This document shows positions 22,932 through 35,415 of a DNA stretch of 64,000 nucleotides, in pieces. Source of the stretch: Vitrella brassicaformis CCMP3155. Taxonomy: Eukaryota > Protista > Chromerida. The position numbers and the translations under genes were made by a program. Under the pieces are notes generated by a model. The model did no database searches, was not told where the DNA came from, and saw only the letters and a program-made list of their open reading frames with translations. Where the stretch lies: positions 1 to 64,000 of the forward strand of contig CDMY01000317.1 of assembly GCA_001179505.1 (NCBI GenBank), in the 5' to 3' direction. Positions within the stretch are counted from its first letter, which is position 1, and every line of letters starts with the position of its first letter.

Positions 22932-24763
22932 TCAGGATGTCCGGCCCCCCCGCCCATCCCTCTCCTTCCTCTCCCCTCCTTGGCAAGGCCTGCCCTTGCT
23001 GGCCACGCCTGCCCTCCTCTCGTCTCTCCCTCTCGCCTCGTCAGCCGCCACCGAGCCCTCCCCATCAGCAGCAGACAACGATGCACTCGAGGCCGCCGAG
23101 ATCCGCCTCTCAGAGGGAGGCGACTGAGGCTGCGGCGTCCTCTCCACTTCACTCCCAGATATCCTCCGCTTGGCCCCACGTGCGCGGGGCCGCAGTGTCC
23201 ATCGTCGGGTCAGTCGGGCCACGGTCGAGGTGGACACCTCGCCCACATAGACGAGCCACCTGGTGGTCTGGTGGATGGCGAAGTGGATGAGCCCGAGCCC
23301 TGCCGGCAGGTATGGGCACTGCATGGGCACCAGGCGCCACTGCACGTCGGGCGTGCGGCGGCAGATGGGGCACACTGGTGGCTTGGCCTTGCCGACGCAG
23401 TCGTGGCAGAGGCACAGGTGCGCATGGGGGATGCAGTGGGTGCTGGCGAGCGCCACGGACTTTATCTCGCTGGAGCAGCCGATACCTGCGCGATGGACAG
23501 ACAGACACCAGCCACAGCCACAGATACAGAGACGGAGGTGGCTGCAGAGGTGGCGAGGTGGCCTGGGGTGGGGGGGTGGTGGGTGGTGGTGGTCCTTACA
23601 GTCTTGTGGCTGTGGCAGCGGGTGTGTGATGAAGTGCATGGGCAAAGGCACCAGCTTGGACCACACGAGCAGGGCAAACACGTCGTTGAGGATGTCCGCC
23701 AGGCCCTGCAACAGCGTCAGGCTCACAATGAAGGGCGAGTACGGCTTGAACAGCCACAGGTCGCGGAACAGGAAAAAGCCCCGCTCGCCTGCAGACAGAG
23801 AGGGGAGAGAGGAGAGAGGCAGGTGTCGTGTATGTGTGTGTGTGTGTGTGTATGGTGGAGTGGATGGACTGTCCATCGCTCCCGCCTACCGATGAGCACA
23901 TGTGAGACGATGTGGTAGAGCCAGATGAAAGAGCCGCCCCCCTCCACGTCGAATGACAGTCTGCGCACACACACACACACATACGGCAGGCAATCCATCA
24001 TCCATCCATCCATCCATCCACTTATCCATTGTGGCCGGCCCGGCCCGACTCACTTGACGAGGCAGGCCCGTTTGCATAGCTCGAAGCCAATCAGGTTGCA
24101 CACCACCCGGCCGCCCAGATAAAGGCACTTGAGCGTCGGGTCTGACGGCGAGACTCCCCGCCAGAAGTGGTCAACTGCCTTGACGTAACTGGCCGCAATC
24201 ACGCAGTCCAGCAGACCCCCACCTGCACAGCAAAGGACCAACAACACAGCGATACCTACCGCGACGATCCGATCGCCGTGTGAGAATGCAATGCTGTTTG
24301 GCTGTCCCAGCCACCGACCGATGAACAGCGCCAGTCTGCTGAGCAGCAAGTTCTCGAACTTCCTCGACTCCAGCACCCTCCCCACCACCCCCCGCATACA
24401 GCCAGCCGCACCCTTGACATAACGCCACACACCGCCCCACCAGCCGGCGAGCTGCCTCCCGACGCCCACAACCCACACCGCTGCAGCGAGCAGCGCCAGA
24501 ATCAGGATGACAGGCTTGAAATCGGGATGGGAACGCATTAGCCAGAGGGAGCCGATGCAGCAGGCGAGTGCGAGGCAGCCACAGAGCACTGTCCAGTACT
24601 GTCTGCTGATGAATAGTAATCGGGTTTTGGTGTCAGGAAGAGGGGGGCGGGCCGGGGGATGGGCCTGGTAATGGGGTTGGGAGGGGATGGGGCAGCGCCG
24701 TGGGCTGCCGGTGGGGGGTATAGCTGCAGTGTGCATCTCTACGCGAAGGGGGAGCCTCTGCAT
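22932..24763 (-). CDS. Multi-pass membrane protein with a C-terminal RING-HC-like zinc finger (putative E3 ligase)
   Basis: Exons 24763-24054, 23960-23890, 23788-23528 and 23485-22932. Several hydrophobic segments. Spliced RING reads CIGC-SSEIKSVALASTHCIPHAHLCLCHDC-VGKAKPPV-CPICR. Confidence 0.75.
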
Positions 24764-25182
24764 GGAATCAATGGGTTTGGACGAAAGCCGTCAACCTGGG
24801 ATGGAAGGATGTGACAGAATAAGCCCTCAGGCGTCAGAAGGACCCCTCCGCCTTTCCCGCCTTTCTCTTTTGCGAGCTCAACCACCTTGGAGAGAGAATG
24901 GATCGCTTTCTCTCTTCCCGCGCCAAAATGAATAGAGGCTTGTGTGCGGCATGGTGATGGCCATGCTGTGCACAGCTGAGATCTGAGAATCATTTGTGAC
25001 GTTACGGCTGCCACACCATATGCCGGCGCCTCTCAGACGAAAGCAGAACCCCTTCCACACCTTATGAGCCACTCCGCATCATAACTGTCGATGTAAATGA
25101 CCAAGACGCCAGCAGCTCGGGAGAAAGTTGATGTTTGTCTGACTACTGTCTTGTGTGTGTGTGTGTGTGTGGTGTCCCACCA

Positions 25183-28100
25183 GGTCCGTTGCTGCCCTGC
25201 GTGGTTTCGTGGAGGCATTCTCTAGGGCCGACCTGGCCGCCCTCAGCGGGCAGAGCGGCTGGCTCTCGGAAACGGCCACTCTCTACCAATTCGACGGCTA
25301 CGTGGCCACCGGCCAAGCCGCTCTCTCCCGCCTATACGCCAGGCTGCGGGACCGCGTCATCCACACCACCTGCCTGGGCCTGTGGCGGGTCGATGGCATT
25401 ACGAGTTGCGCGCAGTGCGAGATAGAGGTGGACGGCAGGCCGCACTGCGTCTTCTACATTGCGACGATTGACCCGACAGATGGGCGCATCCAGCATCTCC
25501 AGGAGTATGGCGACGCGCCGTGTCGGCTGGCGGACCTGCCGGTAGACCAGGAGGGGGAGGGAGAGGGAGAGGGTGGTTGTGGTGGTGGGGGCGAGGGCGA
25601 GGCGTATGGGCGGGTGTTCATGTCGGCCCCACTGCCCGCTCACCCCTTTGACGAAACACGGGACGAGCCACCGGAGGGAGAGACGATGGAGAGAGGGAGC
25701 GACTCGGCAACAACACCCCACCACAAGAGGCCGAGGCAGACCCAGAGACTACTACTACCACCATCATTATCTGGGCGTCCACCCGCCCATTTTTCATCCT
25801 TCCTGCGGAGATCGGTCAGCCGCCTCCTCGACGGCTGGCGGCCCCCTCCCAAGCCACTCCCCCTGGCACCCACCATCCTGCCGTCGTTCTTCTCAATGTT
25901 GGAACGGGGCTATGTGCCGGGGCTGGCGTCGCTTTTCGCCGACGAGGCCATCATGGACGACCCTGTGGGCGTGGTGACCTTCGAGGGGGTGCAGGACATC
26001 GAGATGCACCTGCGGTATCTGGTGGACGAGTGGCAGGTCAAGGCCAAGCTCATCCGCACGGGATTCGTCAACGCGTCCACCGAGGGCTGCTTGGTGCGGC
26101 TGCAGTTCCTGTCGCGGCGGACCACGAGCAGCCCCCCACACCCTCCTGCATTCGCCCCCCCGACGGACGTCTACTCCTGGACAGACGAAGGCGATGGGGC
26201 TGATGCCATTGGGGGCGGTGTGCACACGGCCTACTTCGACCAGGCCAACGCTGAGAGCCCCTGGGACACGGGCGCGATCGCCATCGAGCTGTCGATGCCC
26301 ACCTTCACCGTCCTGGCCTTTGTCATCGCCCACGTCGCCACGACCGTCGAGCGGCCCTTCGTCGAGCGCCTCAGCTTCTACTACGACCCCACCGTCTCCC
26401 AGCTCATTACAGCGTCGGAGGGCCACCCGTCCCTGGCCAAGGGCGACCATGCAGCTGGCCAGGGGGAGACCATGCCCTCCCTCCCCCTGCCCCTCCCTCT
26501 CCCCCTCCCCCACCTGCCCCCATCGGCCAGCAGCGTGCAGTGGCCACTCTTCTCTCTGGTCGATCGGTCCCTGCTGTCGATGCCCACGACGGCTGAGGGC
26601 AACTCACCCCCGCAGCGACACATGACGGTGCGGGACGGCATTGACGGGCCGCCGCCACTGCCGTCGGTGTCGGTGTCGCCTGGGTCGTCACACGGCGATA
26701 GGGAGAGGCCGTCGGACGCCGCCGCCGCCCCGACCGGTTCTTCGGCGAGGCAACGGGAGAAACAGAGGGGCAAGGTGAGAGAGATAATGGTGGAACAACA
26801 AGACCCGTGATAAAGGAGACTTGTGGGTGTGTTGTGTGTGTTGGTGATGCAGGTGTGTCTGGTGACTGGGGGCGCGTCTGGTGTGGGGCGAGCCGTTGCC
26901 TTGGCACTGCTGGCCGACGGCCATACTGTGGTCGTTGCAGGTAGGTACATCCCCAACACACACACACTCACACGCACACCTAGGGAGAGCGAGAGAAAGA
27001 GTTGGTGGAGTGAGTGGTAGCGAGACCCCTTCCCCACCCTGTGCTGTGCCTCTGCCCATCCGTCCATTGATCCAGACTCCTACACGGAAGCCGAGGAGCT
27101 GCAGCCCCAGCCGGCCCCGCCCCACGACCAGGGCCAGGGTCACTTCGACAGCGACGAGGCTCTGCAGCGGCTGCACCCCGAGCAGGTGGACGTGAGCGAC
27201 CCCGCCCAGCTGCAGGAGGTGCTCGAGTGGACGCAGCAGTCGTTCCAGACCATCGACGTGCTCGTCAACAGCAACAATGGGGCCATCGTCCACCAGCCCG
27301 GTGAGTACTAAGACTGGACAGAGGGATTCATCCATCCATCCATCCATCCATCCAATATATCAGCTCGGAGGCGTCGACGTCCTGTCGGTGGTAAGGCTGA
27401 AGGCGAGGCTGACGAGGGCGAGCGGGCGAGGTCTGACCCTAAGCACGGCGTGAAGCGGTGAGTGACTGCATTCACTGGTCAAGCGACGCGCTACGCTCAC
27501 ACAAAAGGGGTGGGTGCATTGCCTGCCTGCGTGTGTGTGTGTGTGCAGTATCCGTGAGATCTTGCACTACGGCTCACTGCAGATGGAGAAGCAGCGTGAA
27601 GGCGGCGTCATCGTCAACCTCTTCACGCACTTCGAGTACATGCCCACACCTACACCCACACCCACACCTACACCCGCACTTGACCACCCCCAGGCAGGCG
27701 AGCCGGCGGCGCCGCCTGACGAAGATCACGATATGGGCGAGGAGCTGCTCGCAGGGGCCAAGGAGGAGCTGTCTATGCTGACCCGACAGGCGGCCGACGA
27801 GCTGGCGCCCAAAGGTCAGCCTGTCACCAGAGCGAGGCGAGCGAGCGAGCGACCATCCTTCTCTCTCCCATCGTTTCTGTCTGTGCTGTGTCTGTCTGTT
27901 TTCTGCCTGCAGGCATCCGTGTGGTCGGCGTGTGTGTCACCGGCCGCATCCCCCCTCCCCTCACCGCCCCCGCCCCCGCCCCCGTTCCTCCCCCAGGCAG
28001 CCCTGACTACTTCCCCGGCGAGGCCGAGACACACACTCCCGTGGCGCCACCCACACCTAACGCCATTCCCATGGCGGCAGCGGCGGCCGCCACACCATCA

Positions 28101-28605
28101 CCATCTCCAACACCGCCAACAGCAACAGCAGCCGTCGGACCATCGTCGACGCGATATCGATGGCAGCAGAGAGAAGGGCGACTGAGCGACATTCAGGAGG
28201 AGGGCGAGAGTATGAGCGCCCGGGGCGAAGGTGACCACGAGGGTGCAGGTGCAGGACAGGGAGACGTGGAGGGTGGGGATGAGGGAGAGGGGGAGGGGGA
28301 GGAGACGCCTTTGCCTTTCCACCAGCTGGAGCGGCTCGTCGAGCTGGGGGGAGTCGTACACGCCTGCAAGTTTTTGGTACGCTGAGGGCAATGGTGTTGG
28401 TGTTGGTGTTGCGATGCTGTGTGGCTCAATGGAGCATCTGTTGTCGGTGTTTTGTGTTTTGTGTTGGTTGTCTCTGCAGGTTGGCAAGAGCTGCAGTGGC
28501 GTGACGGGTGTGACGCTGCCGATCGACCTGGACATCGCACGGCAGCTGACGGCCAAGGGGAGGAGAGAGAGAGGAGGGCGAAAAAGTGCTCTCCTCTCGA
28601 CATGA
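25183..28605 (+). CDS. Fusion protein: two SnoaL/NTF2-like domains plus an atypical short-chain dehydrogenase/reductase; first exon/start not resolved
   Basis: Exons 25183-26774, 26853-26940, 27076-27300, 27364-27457, 27549-27814, 27913-28376 and 28480-28605, all in phase. SnoaL-like GFVEAFSRADLAAL...IQHLQEY and LASLFADEAIMDDPVG. SDR motifs VCLVTGGASGVGRAVA, VDVSD, IDVLVN, GGVIVN, ELAPKGIRV and VTGVTLPID. Confidence 0.75.
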
Positions 28606-28659
28606 CATGAACATACCTCGACCTACCTAGCGATATGCGATATCAGATAGACTGCTGCA

Positions 28660-31600
28660 GCTCAGCCCAGCCCAGCTCGCCCTGGAGGGTGCAGGGTGGG
28701 TAGCGGATGTGTGAGCTGGGTTGTATTGTATATGGGGTCATTCGTTGGTTGGCTGGTTGGACGGTTGGTGGGTTCATTCGATAATGATGTGAGTCTTTTT
28801 TCTTTTTTGTCTCCCTCCTGTTATGTATGCCCCGTCATGTGTGTGTATGCGCATCAGCATTCCTTAGTGTCCCTCCCTCCCTCTCCCTCTCCCTCTCTGC
28901 GCCTGCTGGTCTGCCCTCTGTCTGTGCGGGTGTGTTCATACCAACGGATGGATGGATAGATGGCTCGATTGACCAAGACCACCATTTTTATGATGGCTGG
29001 CTGGCTGGCTGGCGGCTGGGTCAGCCGGACGGAAAGACGAATGAGGAGGGTATCGGTATCGTATGTATGCTGCAATGATCGTAGATAGATTAGACATCAT
29101 CATTGGATGAGACCTGACGAGACCTGACGGACGGATTGGATTGCTGATATGTGGGCGGGGGGGGACGATTGATTCTTGGGCTTGTATATGGGCGGTAGGC
29201 AGGCCGGGCGAAGAGGGGAGGGGGGGAGCTGTGGGCGGGGCTGTCTTTTTGTTTGTTTGTTTGTTTGTTTCTTTGTTTCTTTACGGGGTGGGGGAAGAAT
29301 GCTCCAATTGAATGTGACTTGCTGGCTGGCTGGCTGGCCGGCTTGTTGGCCGGGCCCTTGGTGTGTGGTGTGACTCCGAGTGGCTTTGGGTGGGTGTGCC
29401 ATTCCTCGGTGCCTGCTTCATTCCTCCTGTCTGTCACATCACATGAGTCGAGTCAGCAAGGATCAGCCAGGCCGCGGGCGGTCTCGACACACAGAACACC
29501 GGACGGATAGGCGCAGCACACACGCGTCTGCTTGTCAGGGCAGCCTCAGGGACCTCTTTGTGTGTGCGTGTGGGCTGGGTGTTTGTATGGGGGTGTGGGT
29601 GGGGTGCGACGGTACAGCTCACACAGCGAAGGGGGGGGGGGGGGNNNNNNNNNNNNNNNNNNNNNNNNNNNNNNNNNNNNNNNNNNNNNNNNNNNNNNNN
29701 NNNNNNNNNNNNNNNNNNNNNNNNNNNNNNNNNNNNNNNNNNNNNNNNNNNNNNNNNNNNNNNNNNNNNNNNNNNNNNNNNNNNNNNNNNNNNNNNNNNN
29801 NNNNNNNNNNNNNNNNNNNNNNNNNNNNNNNNNNNNNNNNNNNNNNNNNNNNNNNNNNNNNNNNNNNNNNNNNNNNNNNNNNNNNNNNNNNNNNNNNNNN
29901 NNNNNNNNNNNNNNNNNNNNNNNNNNNNNNNNNNNNNNNNNNNNGGGGGGGGGCAGGTGGGCTTGGCTTTGTGGCTTTATGCGAGATATACCTGTTAGAT
30001 CTCTCTCCCTCTCCCTCTCCCTCCCCCTTTCTCTCTCCCTCTCTCTCTCTCTCTCTCTCAATCTCTCCCCCGCTCTCTCTGTGTGAGTGTTTTTTGCAGT
30101 CATCGCATCCATTCCACACAATGCGTAACTCACTCAGCATACATAATATCGATACGATAGATACCCCTGTGGTCTTTATTACAGACGTGTGAATGCAATG
30201 CCATATAGCCTCTCTCTGGATTCTCTATGCCTGCCTCTCTGTCTGTCTGTCTGTCTGTTAAGACGTTTAAGGGGCCGGCCTGCTGTGAGTGAGCGAGGGC
30301 TCGTGTGATGTGGGAAGGGGGATTTTGTTTACGCCGCGCGGATGGATGGATGGATGGGCACACGTCGCTGTGTTAATAATGACAAAGACAGAGATGGCTG
30401 GCTGCCCCGACACCAGACCACACCACACACCACACCACACCCCACTACGACACTGGATTCAAGTTTTTATGTAAGTATGCTGATGGTCGGCTGCCTGACA
30501 CACATTCACCGTTGTTCGTTTTCTGTTTGTGTCGTGCCGACTTTGGTCGGCCCCCCCCAACCCCCCTCTCCCCTCCGTGTGTGACCATCTTTCCTCCTAG
30601 CTGGCCGATTTCGCGCTCGCGGGGTGGTCGATGGATGGATGGATGGGAGGGGGCTTCCATCACAATGCACAATGGCTGGTACACACGGTCGGGTGGCGTG
30701 TGTGTGTGTGCGTGTGCGCGAGGCAGGCAGCCAGGCGGGTGGGCCGCTGGTACTCGGTCTGTCTGTCTGTCTGTGTCTGTCTGTGGTCCGTATTTTCGTG
30801 ATTGTAGTGATGTGTGTGGTGTGGTGGGGGCTGGCTGGTCTGTTCTCGCCTACCTGTCCAGCCGTCTGTCTGTCTAGTTCGTGGTGGCCCATCCATCCAT
30901 CCATCCATCAGATCAGATCTGATCAGCATTTCTCTGTCTGTCTGTCTTGTCAGTCGGTCTTTTCTGGCGCATTGGCGTGTTTTGCGCATCTCGGTTGGCC
31001 TGTCGGGTCGGGTGGGTCTGTCTGCCTGTCTGTCAATCGGTCGGGTGTCTATCTGTCTCTTTGTGAGGGTCAGTCAGTGTAATTTAACTAACGACACGCC
31101 TCTGTAAGATCATGAGATGTGTGTGTTGGTGCGGTCGGATGGGGTGCGGTGGGGTGGGGTGGGGGCGTATAGCTGGCTAGCTAGTTGTGTGTGGGTGTGT
31201 GTGGGTGTGAGAGAGAGTGGGCCGATATGACTTGATAGTTAGTATGCGGTGGGGTGGTGGGTGTGGGTGTGGGTGTGAATGAGTATACGTATGTTTGAAT
31301 GCATTGAATGCGCTTCGTGCCTCCCTCCTCTCCTCCCTCACTGCCTCCCTCACTGCCTCACTGCCTATGTGTCGAGGGAGGGATCCTTACTCAACTCAAC
31401 TCCACTCGGTCTTGCTCAGTTCACTTCACTACCCTCGCCTCGCCTCGCCTAGCCTCACCATGAACAGTTCATCTGTCTGTCTGTCCGCCTGCCTCACCCA
31501 ACCCACCCACCCGCATAGCGTAGCGTACCCCTCTCTCTCTCTCTCTCTCTCTCTTGCCTCTCTCTTATCTCTCTCTGGTCACCCACTGCTGACTACCGAC

Positions 31601-31900
31601 ACAGACCAGACAGCATTTGTGTGTGTGTGTGTGTGTGTCCATCATGTGTTGGGGCCGGGACCCCCACTGTGAATTACATACCATACATATACTGTCCGCC
31701 TCTCGTCACGTCACGCAGACGAAACGGATCCAGACCATTGACCCAATCAAATTTATATATTGGACCCAATCAACCATGCGGCCAGCAGAGCCGTCAGTCA
31801 GAAGGTCCACACACGCAAGCGCACGCACACACACATCTGCACACACGCACGGTCACACACGCGCGTGAGGTAGTCTGCACACAACGAAGGAAGGACGAGT
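28660..31900. repeat. Long microsatellite-rich intergenic tract ((GT)n, (CT)n, (ATGG)n, (TGGC)n, (TTTG)n)
   Basis: Simple repeats; no ORF with protein-like composition. Confidence 0.75.
29645..29944. other. Assembly gap (300 N) flanked by poly-G
   Basis: Run of n with G-runs on both sides. Confidence 1.
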
Positions 31901-32012
31901 AGATAGGGATACCCCCACCACACCCAGCCCCACCACACCCACCACCCAGCAATGGACACCCACACCCACACCCATCAGCAATAGACATCGACGGTAGTCT
32001 CTCACTACTCAT

Positions 32013-33055
32013 TCACTTGGGAAGTGTGGTGACGAGCCACTCCATGCCGTCCTGCAGCCCGTCCCCCGTCTTGGCCGAACACGCCTGGATGTTCCACGTG
32101 CGGTCCCGGATCGCATGCAGCGACAACTGCTCCGCTATCTGACATGACACAGAGGGATTGATCCATCCAGTGAGTGACACGCACGACAGACACACCATAA
32201 GATAGATACACGCTGTGTGTGTGCAGCCCCGTACCCACCTCCTGTGCGGACAGGGCCTGCAGGAGGTCCTGTTTGTTCGCAAACACCAGCAATGGGATGC
32301 CACCTGCACACACACACAGATACACACACACACACACACTCCCTGTCTGTCTGTCTCTCTGTGTGTGTGTCTGTGTGTGTGTGCCTAGTTTGTCCTGCTG
32401 CAGCAGTTCGTTGAGCTCCTCCCCGCTCTCCTCCAGCCGCCGCCTGTCCGCGCTGTCGATCACATAGATCTGCACACACCAACACAACACAACACAGGAC
32501 AAGACAGCAATGAACAGATGGATGGATGGATGGACAGACACTCCAGGCGTCCGTCATTCGCTCTAATACCAGCGCGTCGGTGCCTTCAAAGTAGTTCTGC
32601 CAGTACGCCCTAATGGTCTTCTGACCTGACCACATTGTATGTGCCACATCCATCCATCCATCCCATCAGCCACAGAGCCCGACCCCGCAAGTACCTCCGA
32701 TATCCCAGACGTTGAGCTTGAAGGATCCCTGGACGAGCGACTTGATGTTGAAGCCCTGCGTGGGCATGATGTGGCTGATGTCCTCATCGCTAAGCTTCTT
32801 CAGGATGGTCGTCTTGCCGCTGTTGTCCAGCCCCAGCACCAGGATCCGCGCCTCGCTGTCGCTACGCTTCAGCTTACGCAATAACGTCAACAGTCCCTGA
32901 AAGAAAGAAAGAACGAGCCAACGGACGGATATATGGGATGGGATGGACGGATGAGGAGAGAGAGGCACAGCACCACAGCACACGGCAGATGTTGGTTGGA
33001 TGGACGGAAAGGGGTGAGAACTGAGCAATGCGGTGTGTGGGTGGCTCCTTACCAT
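32013..33055 (-). CDS. ARL3: ADP-ribosylation factor-like GTPase 3
   Basis: M|[10 protein letters not shown]...[37 protein letters not shown]...KLNVWDIGG|[12 protein letters not shown]...|[19 protein letters not shown]...|[12 protein letters not shown]...|[25 protein letters not shown]. The [15 protein letters not shown] signature is ARL3-type. Confidence 0.93.
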
Positions 33056-33205
33056 CAGGCAACTGCGCGCGCCCTCACGCGCGTGCAACCGCCACAAAAT
33101 TTACCGCGATTTGCGAGCTTAGTCGCGTGTTGTCCTCCCCCTCCTCCCTCTTTCTCTGTCTTCAAACCAAGCTCGACCTAGATCTGCAATCTCCGCTTGT
33201 CCACG

Positions 33206-33515
33206 ATGCTGCATTCACCTCTGGCCCTCATCGCAACAGCACTCATCTCTTCCGCATCAGCAGCAGCAACAGCAGCAGCGCTGTCAAGGCTCTCCGCGTC
33301 AGGATCTCCTCTCCACCCATCACCCCTGACACCGCCGGTGCCTCGTCGCATCGCTGCTGCTACCGCTACCGCCTATGTCAACTTCAACTTCCCTGTCGGG
33401 TCGCCGCAGAGCAACGTGCAGCAGGCCAACCCCTACGCACAGCAGCCCCGTTTCTTTGTGGTGAGGGAGGAGAGGAGAGGGGGATGGACACTGCCGTGGA
33501 TGAGTCAGCACAGCA

Positions 33516-33548
<33 letters not shown>

Positions 33549-34746
33549 CTGTTCTGTGTGTGTGTGCAGTTGGATCCTTCTTCGAAGGAGACGATACTGC
33601 TGTTCGGTCGGCTTGCGCAGGAGTACTACCCCGACACACCCGAGCAGTCCGGCAGGCAGGGAGAGCCCTACGCTTACCTCGTGCAAGGTGAGCCGGTGGC
33701 AGTTGACCGATGGATGGATGGATGGCCAAGCACACAAACACTCTCTCTCTCTCATCTCACGGACAGGAGTGTGCTTGTGCTGCTGCAGGTACGGGTACGT
33801 CGATAGCGTCGCGCCTGCAGCCCCCTCCCCCCACCCCCAAGTGGGAGCGGCTGTTCCAGAACCCAACCGGCGGCACCGACCCGAAAATATCTAGGGCAAC
33901 CTTCCAGGTAGTTAGGCCGGGCCAGCGGCATTCAGGGAAGCGAGCCAGGGCTTGCCTGTGTGTGTGTGGTGTGTGTCATGGGATGGGACGTCCGTCAGGT
34001 GCGTATGCAGGAGCTGCCCTTCCTGTGGCCCCTCTTCAAGAACGAGACCATCGTCGAATCAACCATCTACAACGTCATCGTCGAGCAGAACCTACAGGCA
34101 CGTCTTGTCACGTCATGGAAGCCAGCCGCCCCCCGGCCGACCCATTCTTTCTCTGTCGCTGGCTGCAGGCAATAGAGGTGGCCAAGGCTGATGCCGATGA
34201 GCTCAAGGCCTACATCGACAACCTTGCTGGGGGCGACCCCGCCGTCGCACAGCAGATTCGCGGGGCGCTCGCACAGTTTGAGATGGGCGGGGGGAACCTG
34301 CCCGACCTCGGCATACGCAAGGTCCGCCAACGGAGCCGCGCGCAGGCCAGGAAGGTCGTCCATGAGATATTTGGAAACGAAGAACTCTCATCGTAAGCGA
34401 CACAAACACACAGACAAACACACAAACAGACAGACAGACAGACAGACAAGCTTTAGGTTTCTCTCTCCCTCCCTCACTCCTCTCTCTGTGCAGGCGTGTG
34501 TGTCGGGCCTTCCTGGACAGCCTGTTTGGGAGCGAGAAGAAGGAGTTCAGTCGGTATGAGTTCGCCAGGGCCCTGGGCCAGATGAGCAGGGAAGAGTTCT
34601 CGTCCGGCAATGTCGACTTCGAGACCTTCGCCGCGCGGCTGCGTGAGTCGCTGGCCGACTACCCGGTGCCCGCTGTGAGGCCAGCGATGTCGCCTGGCCT
34701 GGGGCAGCTGTTCAAGCTCTTTGGCAAGGCACCTGGGCCGTCATGA
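33206..34746 (+). CDS. Hypothetical protein with a signal peptide and transit-peptide-like leader; possible degenerate EF-hand pair
   Basis: MLHSPLALIATALISSASA followed by an S/P/R-rich stretch. Exons join in phase. C-terminal KKEFSRYEF...GNVDFETF. Confidence 0.6.
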
Positions 34747-35415
34747 TGAAATGATTGGGGGGGATGTGACAGGATGAGATGAGATATGTGTCGGCTTTAT
34801 CGGCTTTATGGGTGTGGTGGGACTGATGAGATGAGAGGCTGGCGGACGGACCTTTTTCTCGTGTGTTGGGGGAGGGAGAGTAGATACGACAGACAGAGGC
34901 GGGGAGGGAGTGAGGGAGGATTGAGAAGCGACAAGTGTCACCGTGCATCACGAATGTATGTCCAAACAATCGATGGATGTCCAAAACACGGGTAGTGGGA
35001 CAAAATACCCCCTGCACACACGCACACACACACACACACACAGACCGTCACCTACAGACATGACATGCATATGGCTACTCAGAAAGCGATAGCAGCGAGG
35101 GGCCTGGACAATCCCGACAGCGATAGATACTGTTTGTCTGTCTGTTCTTTCTGTAGGCTTCATTTGCAAGCAACCGAAGGCAGTGGAGGCAGTCAGTAAT
35201 GAGAGCATTGGCAAGTAAAGGAAAGGGAAAGGGAAAAGGCGAGAGATGGCCCAGAAAAATGCACACACCGCCACTGTCTGTCAGCTCGACACAGCCAGCC
35301 AGCCAGAAGCTCTCTGTACACTAACTACAGGTCCTCTCACTCCACCTGACCCCACCCCACCCTCACACCGTCTGTCTGTCTGTGTTCTGTCTGTCTGTCT
35401 GTCTAATCATGCCGT

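Noticed and set aside
29631-29951. G-runs flanking the gaps (also 55230-55600) as functional G-quadruplex elements
   Set aside because: More simply explained as the cause of sequencing dropout; true length and sequence are unknown.
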